In this document: positions 48,761 to 58,859 of the stretch, one piece after another
How positions within the stretch are numbered: the first letter of the stretch is position 1
Layout of the letters: each line of letters opens with the position of its first letter
DNA from: Bacteroidales bacterium
GTDB lineage: Bacteria; Bacteroidota; Bacteroidia; Bacteroidales; WRLA01
Length of the DNA stretch: 64,000 nucleotides
Direction: 5' to 3'
Assembly: GCA_963676415.1 (NCBI GenBank)
Contig: OY781097.1
Location: 1,660,555 to 1,724,554 of the forward strand
The notes under the pieces: generated by a model
Databases searched by the model: none
What the model saw: only the letters and a program-made list of their open reading frames with translations
What the model was told of the DNA's origin: nothing
Made by a program: the position numbers and the translations under genes

Positions 48761-49187
48761 TATCAACTACGTATCAAGTACGTATCAACTATACTTCAAA
48801 CCGTATTTAATACGGATATGATGCGCATATGATACAAGTATAAAAAGTAAATAATAAGAGGTGGAATCGGCTTTATTGGTCACAATCGTTAGTGAAAACT
48901 TTGCACTTTAGTGCAAGACTTTCAGTTGCTACACAATTTTATAGATTTGTAGGATGAAAGAGCAAAGGAGAATGGGACATACGGAATCTATAATGACTGC
49001 TCATATAGTTTGGGTGACCAAGTATCGGTATTAAGTAATCAGGGGTGATATTCAGAAGCGCTGTAGGGATTTGGTGAAGCAAATATGTGATGCAGAAGAT
49101 GTTCGCATACTTAAGGGGGTTATAAGTAAAGATCATGTTCATATTCTTGTAGAATATCGTCCATCACTGAGTATAATAAGCAAAAAA
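48761..49187 (+). mobile_element. Decayed IS200/IS605-family element (left-end hairpins plus a tnpA relic)
   Basis: TATCAAC, TATCAAG and TATCAAC recur with an 11-bp period (48761-48789). Adjacent hairpins are ccgtat/atacgg (48801-48815) and atatg/catat (48816-48830), with another hairpin, ttgcac/gtgcaa, near 48901. The tnpA relic follows. Confidence 0.6.
48954..49187 (+). pseudogene. tnpA: IS200-type Y1 (HUH) transposase tnpA with an in-frame stop and a truncated 3' end
   Basis: It reads MKEQRRMGHTESIMTAHIVWVTKYRY-TAA(49032)-VIRGDIQKRCRDLVKQICDAEDVRILKGVISKDHVHILVEYRPSLSI. The HxV..KYR and DHVHxL (HUH) motifs are present. The catalytic-Tyr C-terminal half is missing, and the relic runs into the 3' end of the symporter gene. 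Confidence 0.75.
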
Positions 49188-50600
49188 TCAATTCTTTTTC
49201 TTAACGCTCCACCGTCCCAGCACCATCACCAGCGTAGCAACAATAAAAGCGGGAATAAATGATGATTTTGGCTGAAAACTTGCAGGTTGCAAAACGCCCC
49301 AGATGAAAAAAGCCATGTTCACCGCAAATCCACTGAAAATACTCCAGGTGGCCGTTTTACGATACAAAAATGCGTTTTTGTCAATCAGGGCGACCAGCGT
49401 TACCGGAACAAAAATGGCGATCGTGCCAATGCCTACAACCATTAGATCCACAATTTTGGGAAAAAGCAAGGCCATGGCCAATGCAGCCAGTCCAAATATA
49501 AATGCGGCAATCCGGATACTAAACTGTGTTTTTCGTGGATCGGCATTATTTTTCTTTATTCCGGTGAAATCATTGATGGCTGAAATACTGATAATATTCA
49601 AAAAACTATCGCCCGACGACATCAAAGCGGAAAGCAACCCAACTACAGCAAAAGCAAGCAGAAATTCCCCGGAATGGCGATCCAAAAAAAGGTAAGCCAC
49701 ATCGCGTGGCGCCAGGGCATCATTGCTGATTAGCCGGATGCTCATGCCCACCAACGGAAAAATAATATAAAAAGGCAACATCCCCAAACCGGAAAACAGA
49801 CTGACACGTTTGGCTGTACGCGCATCTTTGGCCGCCAGGACTCTTTGCCAGATGTCCATGCGCACCATCACCGAAGGAGCAATAAAAACGGGCAGGGCAA
49901 TCAGGAAAATGATGCCGTAAAATGTTCCGTTGAGCATATTTGACGGCAGTTCGCTCAGGCGGCTGAATTGCTCTGTATCATCAATGATCCCGGGAATAAA
50001 AATGATAAAAATCATGATGATAATAAGGATAAACTGAATGAAATCAGTGATGATTACTCCGCTCATCCCCGCAAATGCAGTATAGGCAATTACCACAAAA
50101 CAACTGATGATGGCAGCACTTTGGTAGCCAATATCCAGCGTAAATTTAAGCAGGGAAGCCATCCCGACAAACTGCGCTGCGAGCAAAAAGAAAAAGATAA
50201 AAATATTGATGCCGCTTACGGCAGCAGAAAATGCCTGGAATTTTTCACGGTTTATGTTTTTCAGATAGTTGTGGTTGAGAAAATGGGGCAGGGAATAGAG
50301 TTTGTTTTGCGCGCCCCTTTCGCGTATCCTGCCGGCAAAAAACCAAAGGATGCCAAATCCAATTACATAGGCAATGCCAATTCCTACGGCAGCAAATCCC
50401 GATTCATAGCCCATGGCCATTAGTCCGATGGAGGTGCCTCCGCCCACAAATGTAGCCAGTGTGGTAAAAACAAGCGGCAAAGTGCGGGTTTTGCGGTTAT
50501 TCACCAGGTATTCTTCCAGGTCGCCGCTGTGCACATGGCGTATAGTAAGCCAGATGATCAAAAGCAAATACAGGCCGGTCCAGAAATAAAACCACATCAT
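49188..50600 (-). CDS. Sodium:solute symporter (SSS) family transporter
   Basis: 470 aa with about 13 TM helices and an overall SSS-like layout. Confidence 0.8.
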   Translation of the reverse strand: MMWFYFWTGLYLLLIIWLTIRHVHSGDLEEYLVNNRKTRTLPLVFTTLATFVGGGTSIGLMAMGYESGFAAVGIGIAYVIGFGILWFFAGRIRERGAQNKLYSLPHFLNHNYLKNINREKFQAFSAAVSGINIFIFFFLLAAQFVGMASLLKFTLDIGYQSAAIISCFVVIAYTAFAGMSGVIITDFIQFILIIIMIFIIFIPGIIDDTEQFSRLSELPSNMLNGTFYGIIFLIALPVFIAPSVMVRMDIWQRVLAAKDARTAKRVSLFSGLGMLPFYIIFPLVGMSIRLISNDALAPRDVAYLFLDRHSGEFLLAFAVVGLLSALMSSGDSFLNIISISAINDFTGIKKNNADPRKTQFSIRIAAFIFGLAALAMALLFPKIVDLMVVGIGTIAIFVPVTLVALIDKNAFLYRKTATWSIFSGFAVNMAFFIWGVLQPASFQPKSSFIPAFIVATLVMVLGRWSVKKKN

Positions 50601-50746
50601 AAGCAGAGTTTTCAGCGGTCAAAATTATAAAAATGCGCGAAACTTTCTTTCTTGCCTGTCCCTTCACTTATGCATAATATTTACTGAAATGCCGTCTAAA
50701 AACATATTTCCGGGCATTATAATGACTTTTGGTCATAACTTTTGGT

Positions 50747-50759
50747 CATTATAGTATTT
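50747..50759. repeat. 13-bp direct repeat CATTATAGTATTT, upstream copy
   Basis: Identical to 51969-51981. The local context also holds tandem ACTTTTGGTCAT x2 and TATAGTATTTT x2. Confidence 0.6.
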
Positions 50760-50781
50760 TATAGTATTTTTGAGAACAAAA

Positions 50782-51897
50782 ATGATAGGCAGGACTTTAG
50801 AGAATAAAATAGCGGAAAAGCTGAATAGCGGAAAAGCAATTATTATTGTTGGGGCGCGGCAAGTAGGTAAAACAACCTTGATCAAAAAAATTCTTGAAAG
50901 AAAAGAATTTTTGTTCCTTGATGCGGATGACCCTTCCACTAGAAATATATTACAGAAGCCTACTACCGAGCAAATCAGGACATTTATTGGCGATTATAAA
51001 TATGTTTTTCTGGACGAGGCGCAAAGGATTCCGGGAATTGGGTTGACATTGAAAATCATAACCGATCAGTTCAAAGGGGTGCAGTTACTGGTGAGTGGAT
51101 CTTCCTCATTTGATTTGGGAAATGCCTTAAATGAACCGTTAACCGGTAGAAAATGGGAGTATGAATTGTTTCCGATTTCCTGGGAAGAGTACGAGAAAAA
51201 TATTGGATTTATAAAATCGGAACAACAAATTGAAAACAGGCTACTTTATGGGTTTTATCCAGAAGTAATTAACAATCAAGGAAATGAGCGGGAGGTATTG
51301 AAGAATCTTGTAAACAGTTATTTGTATAGGGATATTTTGGTATTTTCAGATATTCGCAAGCCGGAAATACTTGAAAAATTATTGCAGGCTTTGGCATTGC
51401 AGCTGGGCAGTGAAGTAAATTACAATGAATTATCCGGATTGCTGGAAATTAATAAGCTTACAGTTCAAAAGTATATTGATATTCTTGAAAAAGGGTATAT
51501 CGTATTTCGATTGAACAGCTTTAGCCGAAACATGAGGAATGAGATAAAGCAAAACAGAAAGATTTACTTTTATGATAATGGCATCAGAAATATGATCATC
51601 GGCAACTTTGGACCATTGAATTTACGGATCGATAAAGGAGCATTGTGGGAGAATTTTTTGGTTTCAGAGCGAAGGAAACAGAATTTGTACAAAGATACAT
51701 TTGCCAGCATGTATTTCTGGAGAACAAAGCAGCAGCAGGAGGTCGATTTTGTCGAAGAGAAAGATGGGCAAATAAAGGGTTTTGAATTCAAATGGAATAA
51801 GAAAAAACAAAAATTGCCTAATAGCTTTATTGAAGCTTACCAAGCTGAATCCCAAATAATTGGCAGGGATAATTTCAGGGAGTTTGTGAAATTGTGA
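50782..51897 (+). CDS. AAA+ ATPase with a DUF4143-type C-terminal domain
   Basis: ATG 50782 is preferred over the track's TTG at 50770; a TATTTTTG -7 box lies at 50765-50772. Walker A is GARQVGKTTL and Walker B is VFLDEAQ. The C-terminal FWRTKQQQEVDFVEE pattern is typical of the AAA_14/DUF4143 family. Confidence 0.85.
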   Translation: MIGRTLENKIAEKLNSGKAIIIVGARQVGKTTLIKKILERKEFLFLDADDPSTRNILQKPTTEQIRTFIGDYKYVFLDEAQRIPGIGLTLKIITDQFKGVQLLVSGSSSFDLGNALNEPLTGRKWEYELFPISWEEYEKNIGFIKSEQQIENRLLYGFYPEVINNQGNEREVLKNLVNSYLYRDILVFSDIRKPEILEKLLQALALQLGSEVNYNELSGLLEINKLTVQKYIDILEKGYIVFRLNSFSRNMRNEIKQNRKIYFYDNGIRNMIIGNFGPLNLRIDKGALWENFLVSERRKQNLYKDTFASMYFWRTKQQQEVDFVEEKDGQIKGFEFKWNKKKQKLPNSFIEAYQAESQIIGRDNFREFVKL

Positions 51898-51937
51898 GGA
51901 TACATACGTCCGGCTCGGATATGGGAACTTGCAAATT

Positions 51938-51990
51938 GGCAAAGCCAAACACCATATTGACCAAATGGCATTATAGTATTTGGCTTTATC
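51938..51990 (-). repeat. Member of the GATAAAGCCA palindrome family (33-nt spacer)
   Basis: The minus strand reads GATAAAGCCA-N33-TGGCTTTGCC. Its first 14 nt (GATAAAGCCAAATA) are identical to 61838-61851. Confidence 0.6.
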
Positions 51991-52041
51991 CAGCTTAAAG
52001 CATCAAGGTGCAGATGATATAAAAATACCGGATTGTTCCGC

Positions 52042-54291
52042 TTAGAAATTCACATTGCTTACTTTACTGCTGACTGTGAAAGTCTTTTTCAGGTTTCCTC
52101 CCGTATAAGTTCCGCCTGTATAAAGGCCATGCCACTCATCTCCAGAACAACTTCCTCCGGTATATATATGGTAAGTTTGTCCGTTTTGGATTTCCGGCGA
52201 TGATATAACTATTGATGAATATCGCCTGATTGGCTTAAAAGTAAACAGCTCGGAACCACCAGAATTTTCTGCATGGATGATGGTGTTGGCATTAATATTT
52301 TGTGTGCTCCTGACATTGAAAGAGTATTGTGATGATGTATTATCAAACCCTTCGGTCATATGTGAATAAACGGATGAAATAATGATAAATCCTCCGTTGA
52401 TTTTTTTTGAACCATTGACATCCATCCCAACTTCCGGTTCCGAACCGGGGCCTGAAGTTACTACCGTTCCGCCGCTCATTACAAAATCCCCATTGCTGTC
52501 TATGCCGTCTCCATTACTGGCATCTATGGAAATATTTCCTCCGGCAATGGTCAGCAGGCTGCCGTCGTTAAATTCCCCGCCCAGGCCATAAGTTGCGTTT
52601 ATGCCATCATCAGAAGCAACGATATTGACCTCTCCATCATTAATAGTAATAATCGGGGCTTCTACTCCTTCAACAGATTTGTTGATATTGACTAATCCAC
52701 CATTAATTGTGATTGATTCTTCGGCCTTTATGCCGTCATCGGCTGACGAAATTATAAGCGTTCCGCTATTGATAACAACTGATTTATCGGCCTTCATGCT
52801 TTTGGATTCGTCATAATCACCTTCGTTTTGTCCACCCGGGCCTCCACCACCACCGGGCGTGATGGTTATACTGCTGCCTGTTGTGGTAATGGAAAGCTCC
52901 GGCCAGCTTCCCCCATTCCCAATAGTAATGTCGGTGTCGGATGAAATCCCTTTTCCACCACTACCTGAATTGGACAGGCTTATGATTCCATCAATTACGC
53001 TGAGGTCGCCGTCAACTTTGATGCATGCCCCATGATAGGCGTCGTCCTCACCATCTGCATTCACATATTTGGCTCCATTTCCACTGGAAACAATGCTAAT
53101 ATCTGCATTATAAATGTTTATATCGCCATCTACAGAAATGCCACGGGAAGCTTCACCGGTGGTTTCAAAATCAATAAGACCTCCTTCAAGATTCAGATTG
53201 CCGTCACATTTTATCAGCGTACAATAAGAAGGATCGTAGCCCGGGCCGTCTTCTTCCAAAACAACATTTCCGGAAGCAGTGCCGGAGATAGTTCCTCCGG
53301 AGATAATTATATCCTGATCACTATCAAGCCCCTTGGATTGATTGCCTGCAATATTAAGTGTGATATGCCCTCCGCTGATAAGAATGCTGCTGTCAGTTTT
53401 AATACCCTTTTTATCATCGTTTGTGTTGTTGATTGTCAGTACTCCACAGCTTATATCTACAATGCCTTCGCTTGCATCGATGCCATCGCCATTGGCCGAT
53501 ATTTCAATGTTCCCTCCCCTGAAATAAATTCCGTCATTAGCATGAATCCCGTCTTTATCGGCCGAATTGATCAGGATATTGCCCTCAAGGAATTTAATAT
53601 CATCATCGGAACAAATGCCATGCTTGTCTTCGGCAAGGCCATTTATATTAAGCGTTCCATCTCCGGAAAAACTCAGGCTGCCTTCGCTAAAAAGAACGGC
53701 TTTCTGGTCTTCTTCCAGTGTTCCTGTATGTGTTGATTTGTAGGATCCTCCATCCGTAAGAGTATTTGTGCTGCCGTGCAACAGGTGGATGCCGGCATCT
53801 TTACCCGATTGGATATTAACGGCCGGACCCTTACCGTTAGTAATCGCAACATTGTTCAGGATAATATTGAAATCCTTTTCAGAATAAATCTTGAACATCC
53901 CGTTGTCAGTATGGCCACTCAGGATGTAATTGATGTTTTTTTCATCAGAAGTTGATGTTACAACAAGCGTGGCCCCTTCTGCACTAATTTCAACACCATG
54001 CCCACTCATCGGATTTGTAATATCCACACTCGTTTCCTGATAGTGGATGTATATATTTTTGCTTTCGTCCTTAATAAAGGTGATGCTGTCGATTTCATCG
54101 CAGTAATATTGCAGCAGCTCACTTTCATTCCGGAAATATAATATGCTTTTATCCGCACTGAAATAGAGGCTGTCAGATTCAACGAGATTATAAGAATCGC
54201 TTGAAGATGTTGTATGAAAAACAATTTGCTGCTGTGCAAAGCCTGTAAGAGTGGTTACGAGACAGAACAGAATTATCGGTAGTTTTTTCAT
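52042..54291 (-). CDS. Secreted beta-helix repeat protein (Cthe_2159-like carbohydrate-binding family)
   Basis: 749 aa with a signal peptide and many degenerate G-x-I-x-I-x-GG/DDGI repeats (for example DGIHANDGIYFRGGNIEI, GDGIDSNGDFVMSGG). The family assignment is from memory. Confidence 0.65.
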   Translation of the reverse strand: MKKLPIILFCLVTTLTGFAQQQIVFHTTSSSDSYNLVESDSLYFSADKSILYFRNESELLQYYCDEIDSITFIKDESKNIYIHYQETSVDITNPMSGHGVEISAEGATLVVTSTSDEKNINYILSGHTDNGMFKIYSEKDFNIILNNVAITNGKGPAVNIQSGKDAGIHLLHGSTNTLTDGGSYKSTHTGTLEEDQKAVLFSEGSLSFSGDGTLNINGLAEDKHGICSDDDIKFLEGNILINSADKDGIHANDGIYFRGGNIEISANGDGIDASEGIVDISCGVLTINNTNDDKKGIKTDSSILISGGHITLNIAGNQSKGLDSDQDIIISGGTISGTASGNVVLEEDGPGYDPSYCTLIKCDGNLNLEGGLIDFETTGEASRGISVDGDINIYNADISIVSSGNGAKYVNADGEDDAYHGACIKVDGDLSVIDGIISLSNSGSGGKGISSDTDITIGNGGSWPELSITTTGSSITITPGGGGGPGGQNEGDYDESKSMKADKSVVINSGTLIISSADDGIKAEESITINGGLVNINKSVEGVEAPIITINDGEVNIVASDDGINATYGLGGEFNDGSLLTIAGGNISIDASNGDGIDSNGDFVMSGGTVVTSGPGSEPEVGMDVNGSKKINGGFIIISSVYSHMTEGFDNTSSQYSFNVRSTQNINANTIIHAENSGGSELFTFKPIRRYSSIVISSPEIQNGQTYHIYTGGSCSGDEWHGLYTGGTYTGGNLKKTFTVSSKVSNVNF

Positions 54292-54773
54292 TGTTTCACA
54301 AATTTTAAGGTTTCGGCACCAATTGTTAAAATATAAATACCGGGATTCAAATGATGTATATCTATTTCTGATAAAAGATTGTGGATCTGCTGTTTTACCA
54401 GAAGGCTGCCCTGCATATTGTAAATGAGGGCTTCTGTATTGCTGTTCTGTTGGAGTTTAAGGTACAGCACGTCCTTTACGGGATTTGGAAATATTTGAAC
54501 CCCTGCATTTCCTGATAAATCCGGGTAAGCGGTAGAGCTTTCTGCGATACACAGCTTATCTGTATATAAAACATTATAAAACAGATCGTTGCACAGGTCG
54601 GTTTTAATAATAAGCTGATCGCTGTCAAATCGTATGCTTTTAATATCTGCAATACTGATTTTACTGTATGTGCCATCAATGAAATTTAATTTGAGTTCCT
54701 GAGCATTTGCGTCCTTTCCTGCATAGGATATTAAGATGCACATCATGGGGAACCATAGGAATAAATATTTCAT
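54288..54773 (-). CDS. Small T9SS-sorted secreted protein
   Basis: The preferred start is ATG 54773 (MKYLFLWFPMMCILISYAG). The C-terminal CTD reads VQIFPNPVKDVLYLKL...GIYILTIGAE. An ATGA overlap joins it to the downstream gene. Confidence 0.65.
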   Translation of the reverse strand: MKYLFLWFPMMCILISYAGKDANAQELKLNFIDGTYSKISIADIKSIRFDSDQLIIKTDLCNDLFYNVLYTDKLCIAESSTAYPDLSGNAGVQIFPNPVKDVLYLKLQQNSNTEALIYNMQGSLLVKQQIHNLLSEIDIHHLNPGIYILTIGAETLKFVKQ

Positions 54774-54901
54774 AATGTAAGTTTTAAAATGATTGCTTAG
54801 ACTTCTTATGTCCATGGCCGATGGTGTTTGACAAAGGTATTTTAGGATGGTTTAATCTTCTTATAAAAATATCTTCATAAATTTGAAGAATAAAACAGTA
54901 T

Positions 54902-57838
54902 ATGAAAAAGCCATTCACATTATTATTTGTTTTGTTTGCACTGGTTTCCCTTGCACAGCAATACAGCTACCGCCAGTATACCATTTTTGACGGCCTGCCC
55001 CAAAACCAGGTGACGGACTTGCATATTGATCCGGATGGATATTTATGGATCGGCACCAAAGGCGGTATTTGCCGTTTCGATGGGGAGAATTTTGTGGATT
55101 TTACAAATAGGGAATCAAGCAATACCAATATCAGGGGCATATTCAACCAATCGGATTCACTTTATTATTTTACTTCCGGTATTTTGTACTGCAAAAGGGG
55201 CGAAGATTTTCAGGAGGTTTTTTGTGCCGGTGATGGACAAACCATTGATTCAATCACACCTTTGGATGGAGCCAAAGGCTTTGTTGTTAATACATTACAT
55301 GATATTTACAGATGGAACTACGGCGATTCAGCTATGCTCTACAGCGCTCCTGATAACCGGCTTTATTTATGGAAATATATTTCTGACAATAAATATATTT
55401 TTAAGAAACAAAATGATGTTCTTGGAAAACGGAATGATGTTTTTATGTATGAAAAGGGGGAGAAAAAAACACTTCCAAAAGAGCATAATGGCTTTAGATT
55501 AGCTAATTTAAGTGATGATATTGTTATCTATAAAATGGACACCTTATTGTCGGATTCAGTTTTTTATTTTGATATAAACAGAGATACCTCTGTTTTCGTA
55601 TTTACCCATGATAAAGATTACGTTTCAAGAGCTTTTGTCCTGCAAAATAAGAAAATAGCTTTTATCCTTAATGAGTATAGCTGGTTTATTACCGATTCAT
55701 TATACCAAATAATTGACCGTGATATATTGTCAGGAAATGGCATAAGCGATATAGTAGAGCACAACAATAATTTGTTTTTGGCCACCGAACAAGGGCTGTT
55801 TGTACGAAATTCCGCCGCATTTCTCAATTATACCGAAAAAGGCAATATCCCCGGCTATGTATGGAGCATAGTAGAAGACCGGGATACTAATATTGTACTG
55901 GCTGGATTTTATGGTGATCTAACTATACTGGATGAAAACAACTGCCTAAGAAACGTTGACTTTAGCTTTAATGATATTCCCTATTTAATCCTCCCATCTT
56001 TTTATATGGATGGCTTTGTCCGAAAAAACGGAGATTGGGTCATCCCAATGGCATGTGGTGTCTTTTATGGGAACGAAGCAAGGCAGAGGTTTTTTACTTG
56101 TTCCGATCAATTGTGTGCAACTCCCTTTTGCACATGGGAAGATGAAAAAAAAGATTTGCTGTTTGCGGGTACCAATTATGGTGTTTATATTTTCCAATTG
56201 CCCGAAGGTAAAATCCTGCGCAATATCCAAACCGATGAAATTAATGTGCTGGATATTGCCGAAGATAAATTCGGAAGGCTGTGGTTTTGTACTTCGCGTA
56301 AGGTGTTTTTGTATGAGCATGACTCCCTGATCCGTTTTTATGAGCAGCACCCGGAACTGAAGCAGGCTTTTGTAAGTTGCTGCCGCGATGCCCGTGGAAA
56401 TATGTGGCTGGGCAATAAAAAAGGGCTTCATCTCTATAATTACGATCGTTTGCAGACAGTTTGGGATGGCTCATTTACATTTATAAACGCGTACAAAGAT
56501 TCTCATATCATTGCCGGAAATACCTTTGGGATTGTGTATCTGGACCTGGAGCGCTTTTATGCCGGTGATGCGGATTTTGCCTGTTATTTCGATCGTTTTA
56601 ATGGCTTTATTGGCCGCGAGCCAGGCCAGAACGGTACCATGGTTTCCTCCAAAGGCGATGTTTGGGTTCCCACTTCGGAGAGTGTGGTGAAATTTATGCC
56701 CGACCGTATCTATATTGATACCGTGCCGCCCAAAGCATTTGTTGGATCCATGGAGCTTTCCGACCATGAACTGCAATGGCAGCCTTTTTTAAACGAACCC
56801 ATCAAAATGGATAGCGTCTATCATCTGAGCTGGGATAAAAACAATGTCCGTTTAAACTATCATGCCATTAAGTATCATTGTCCCGAGCGCCTGCAATACC
56901 GTTACCGCCTTTTGGGCTACAGTGAAAGCTGGAGCGAAACCGCCGAAACCGAAGCGCTGTTTACCAATCTCAATCCGGGACATTACCGTTTTGAGCTGAT
57001 GGCGGCAAACGAACATGGCTATTGGTCGAAAAAGCCTGCTGCACTTAATTTCTATATTGTTCCCGCATTTTGGCAAACCTGGTGGTTTAAAAGCCTGGTT
57101 ATTTTATTTGCTGCTTTAGGTCTTTTTCTCGGATTTCTTTGGTATTTCCGCCTGAAGCAAAAACGGGCTCAGGAACAAAGGCGCGTGGAACGGCAATTGG
57201 TCAGTGTGCAGTTGAATTCACTCAACGCACAGTTGGATCCGCATTTTGTTTTTAATGCTATTTCTGCTATTGGGGCCGAGGTGCAGCAAAACAATACCGA
57301 ACGCGCCTACGATTATTTTGTGAAAGCTACGCGCCTTTTCCGCAGCTCCCTCGTTGATAAAGATCAGATTACACGTAGCCTTGATAAGGAACTGGCTGTA
57401 GTGGAAGGTTATTTGCAATTGCAGCAGTTGCGTTTTGGCGAACGTATCAGATATACAATTGAGGTAGCCGATGATGTGGACCACAATATGATTATACCGA
57501 AAATGTCAGTGCAGGTTTTTGTGGAAAATGCCGTAAAACATGGCCTGGAAAATAAACTGGATGGAGGTTTTGTGCATATCCGCATTGCAAATAAAGATGG
57601 ATGCCTGCATATTCGAATTGTGGATAATGGCGTAGGACTTGAAGAATCCCGGAAGCTTCAAAAAGAGTCAACTGGCCTGGGATTGAAATCTTTTGAGCAG
57701 TTTTTCGAAATACTTAATAAGGCCAATTCTTCCAAAGCAGAATTTACATTGAACACTTTATACAATAAAAACGGGCAAGTAGAAGTAACAGAAGCCGTTC
57801 TTAAAATACCTTTAAATTACCAATATTCGATGGTTTGA
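54902..57838 (+). CDS. Sensor histidine kinase, beta-propeller/Y_Y_Y periplasmic sensor with a LytS/YehU-type kinase core
   Basis: 978 aa. Propeller repeats (DGYLWIGTKGG, GRLWFCT, GNMWLGNKKG) are followed by a Y_Y_Y-like region (LQYRYRLLGYSESW), a TM helix (WWFKSLVILFAALGLF), then LDPHFVFNAISAI and an HATPase region (DNGVGL...GLGL). Confidence 0.85.
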   Translation: MKKPFTLLFVLFALVSLAQQYSYRQYTIFDGLPQNQVTDLHIDPDGYLWIGTKGGICRFDGENFVDFTNRESSNTNIRGIFNQSDSLYYFTSGILYCKRGEDFQEVFCAGDGQTIDSITPLDGAKGFVVNTLHDIYRWNYGDSAMLYSAPDNRLYLWKYISDNKYIFKKQNDVLGKRNDVFMYEKGEKKTLPKEHNGFRLANLSDDIVIYKMDTLLSDSVFYFDINRDTSVFVFTHDKDYVSRAFVLQNKKIAFILNEYSWFITDSLYQIIDRDILSGNGISDIVEHNNNLFLATEQGLFVRNSAAFLNYTEKGNIPGYVWSIVEDRDTNIVLAGFYGDLTILDENNCLRNVDFSFNDIPYLILPSFYMDGFVRKNGDWVIPMACGVFYGNEARQRFFTCSDQLCATPFCTWEDEKKDLLFAGTNYGVYIFQLPEGKILRNIQTDEINVLDIAEDKFGRLWFCTSRKVFLYEHDSLIRFYEQHPELKQAFVSCCRDARGNMWLGNKKGLHLYNYDRLQTVWDGSFTFINAYKDSHIIAGNTFGIVYLDLERFYAGDADFACYFDRFNGFIGREPGQNGTMVSSKGDVWVPTSESVVKFMPDRIYIDTVPPKAFVGSMELSDHELQWQPFLNEPIKMDSVYHLSWDKNNVRLNYHAIKYHCPERLQYRYRLLGYSESWSETAETEALFTNLNPGHYRFELMAANEHGYWSKKPAALNFYIVPAFWQTWWFKSLVILFAALGLFLGFLWYFRLKQKRAQEQRRVERQLVSVQLNSLNAQLDPHFVFNAISAIGAEVQQNNTERAYDYFVKATRLFRSSLVDKDQITRSLDKELAVVEGYLQLQQLRFGERIRYTIEVADDVDHNMIIPKMSVQVFVENAVKHGLENKLDGGFVHIRIANKDGCLHIRIVDNGVGLEESRKLQKESTGLGLKSFEQFFEILNKANSSKAEFTLNTLYNKNGQVEVTEAVLKIPLNYQYSMV

Positions 57839-57924
57839 GATGCATTTGCCTTGGTCTTATATCTCCAGAAACTATACGGTATCTAAAATTTTTATATATT
57901 TATGCAGTCAAAGATCAAAAAGAT

Positions 57925-58656
57925 ATGCTGAAAATTTCAATACTGGATGATGAACAGCACGCATTGGTAAATCTTGAGAAGTTACTCGCTGCTTTTCCTG
58001 ATGTAGAGGTGGTGTTTCAATCTACGCGCGCCGAAGCACTCATTGATTTTTTAATCCAAAATCAAACGGATATTTTGTTTCTCGACATCAAAATGCCCGG
58101 GCAAACCGGTTTTGATGTACTCGATAAATTAAACAACTTGAATATCAATGGATTCAAAGTGATCTTCCTGACCGCCTATGATAATTTTGCCATTAAGGCC
58201 GTGAAATATTCCGCCTTCGATTATTTGTTGAAGCCGATTGACAAGGACGAACTTAAAGACGCCATTGATAAAGCCCGGAACTCTTGCGAACGTTCTCCTG
58301 CAAACATGATGAAAGAACTTGTGAAGCATTTGCAAGACGACAAGCGAATCCGCATAAATCATGCAAATGGGGTTTCTTTTGTGCATGCTGATGATGTGGT
58401 TTGTGCAAAATCAGAAGGTAATTATACCGAGTTGATCCTAAAGAATGATAAAAAAAAGGTGGTTTCCAAATCGCTTAAATCCTGCCTTGAAGAACTGTCT
58501 ATGATCGATTTCAGGCGCGTGCATAAATCCTGGGCAGTTAATATCATCTTTCTCAGCGAATACAACCGCGCAAAAGGACATTGCGAATTAAAATGGGAAG
58601 GCGGAAGGTTAAGCGTCCCTGTTTCTCAGCGCATGTTGCGCAATTTAACGGATTAA
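57925..58656 (+). CDS. Response regulator with a LytTR DNA-binding output
   Basis: The start is moved to ATG 57925 (MLKISILDDEQH). The receiver region contains DILFLDIKMPGQTGFDV. LytTR signatures: CAKSEGNYTELIL ... HKSWAVNI. Confidence 0.85.
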   Translation: MLKISILDDEQHALVNLEKLLAAFPDVEVVFQSTRAEALIDFLIQNQTDILFLDIKMPGQTGFDVLDKLNNLNINGFKVIFLTAYDNFAIKAVKYSAFDYLLKPIDKDELKDAIDKARNSCERSPANMMKELVKHLQDDKRIRINHANGVSFVHADDVVCAKSEGNYTELILKNDKKKVVSKSLKSCLEELSMIDFRRVHKSWAVNIIFLSEYNRAKGHCELKWEGGRLSVPVSQRMLRNLTD

Positions 58657-58814
58657 TTTGTGCGATGCCCTGTTCCGGTGATAATCTGATGCATATCGCG
58701 AAACATGTCTGCATGATTTATGAGCGATTAAGCACAAATAAAATTCATGTCATGAAACTTGAAATGGAATATATTAACGGATAAACACCTTTTCATGGGG
58801 ATAGCAAGCTGCCC

Positions 58815-58827
58815 CGACATAAAGCCA
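58815..58827 (+). repeat. Isolated CGACATAAAGCCA copy of the repeat family
   Basis: This 13-mer is identical to 61886-61898 and lies in the convergent gap between the response regulator and otsAB. Confidence 0.5.
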
Positions 58828-58859
58828 AGTAATTCAGCCCTCTACCAAAAACGCGCAAC

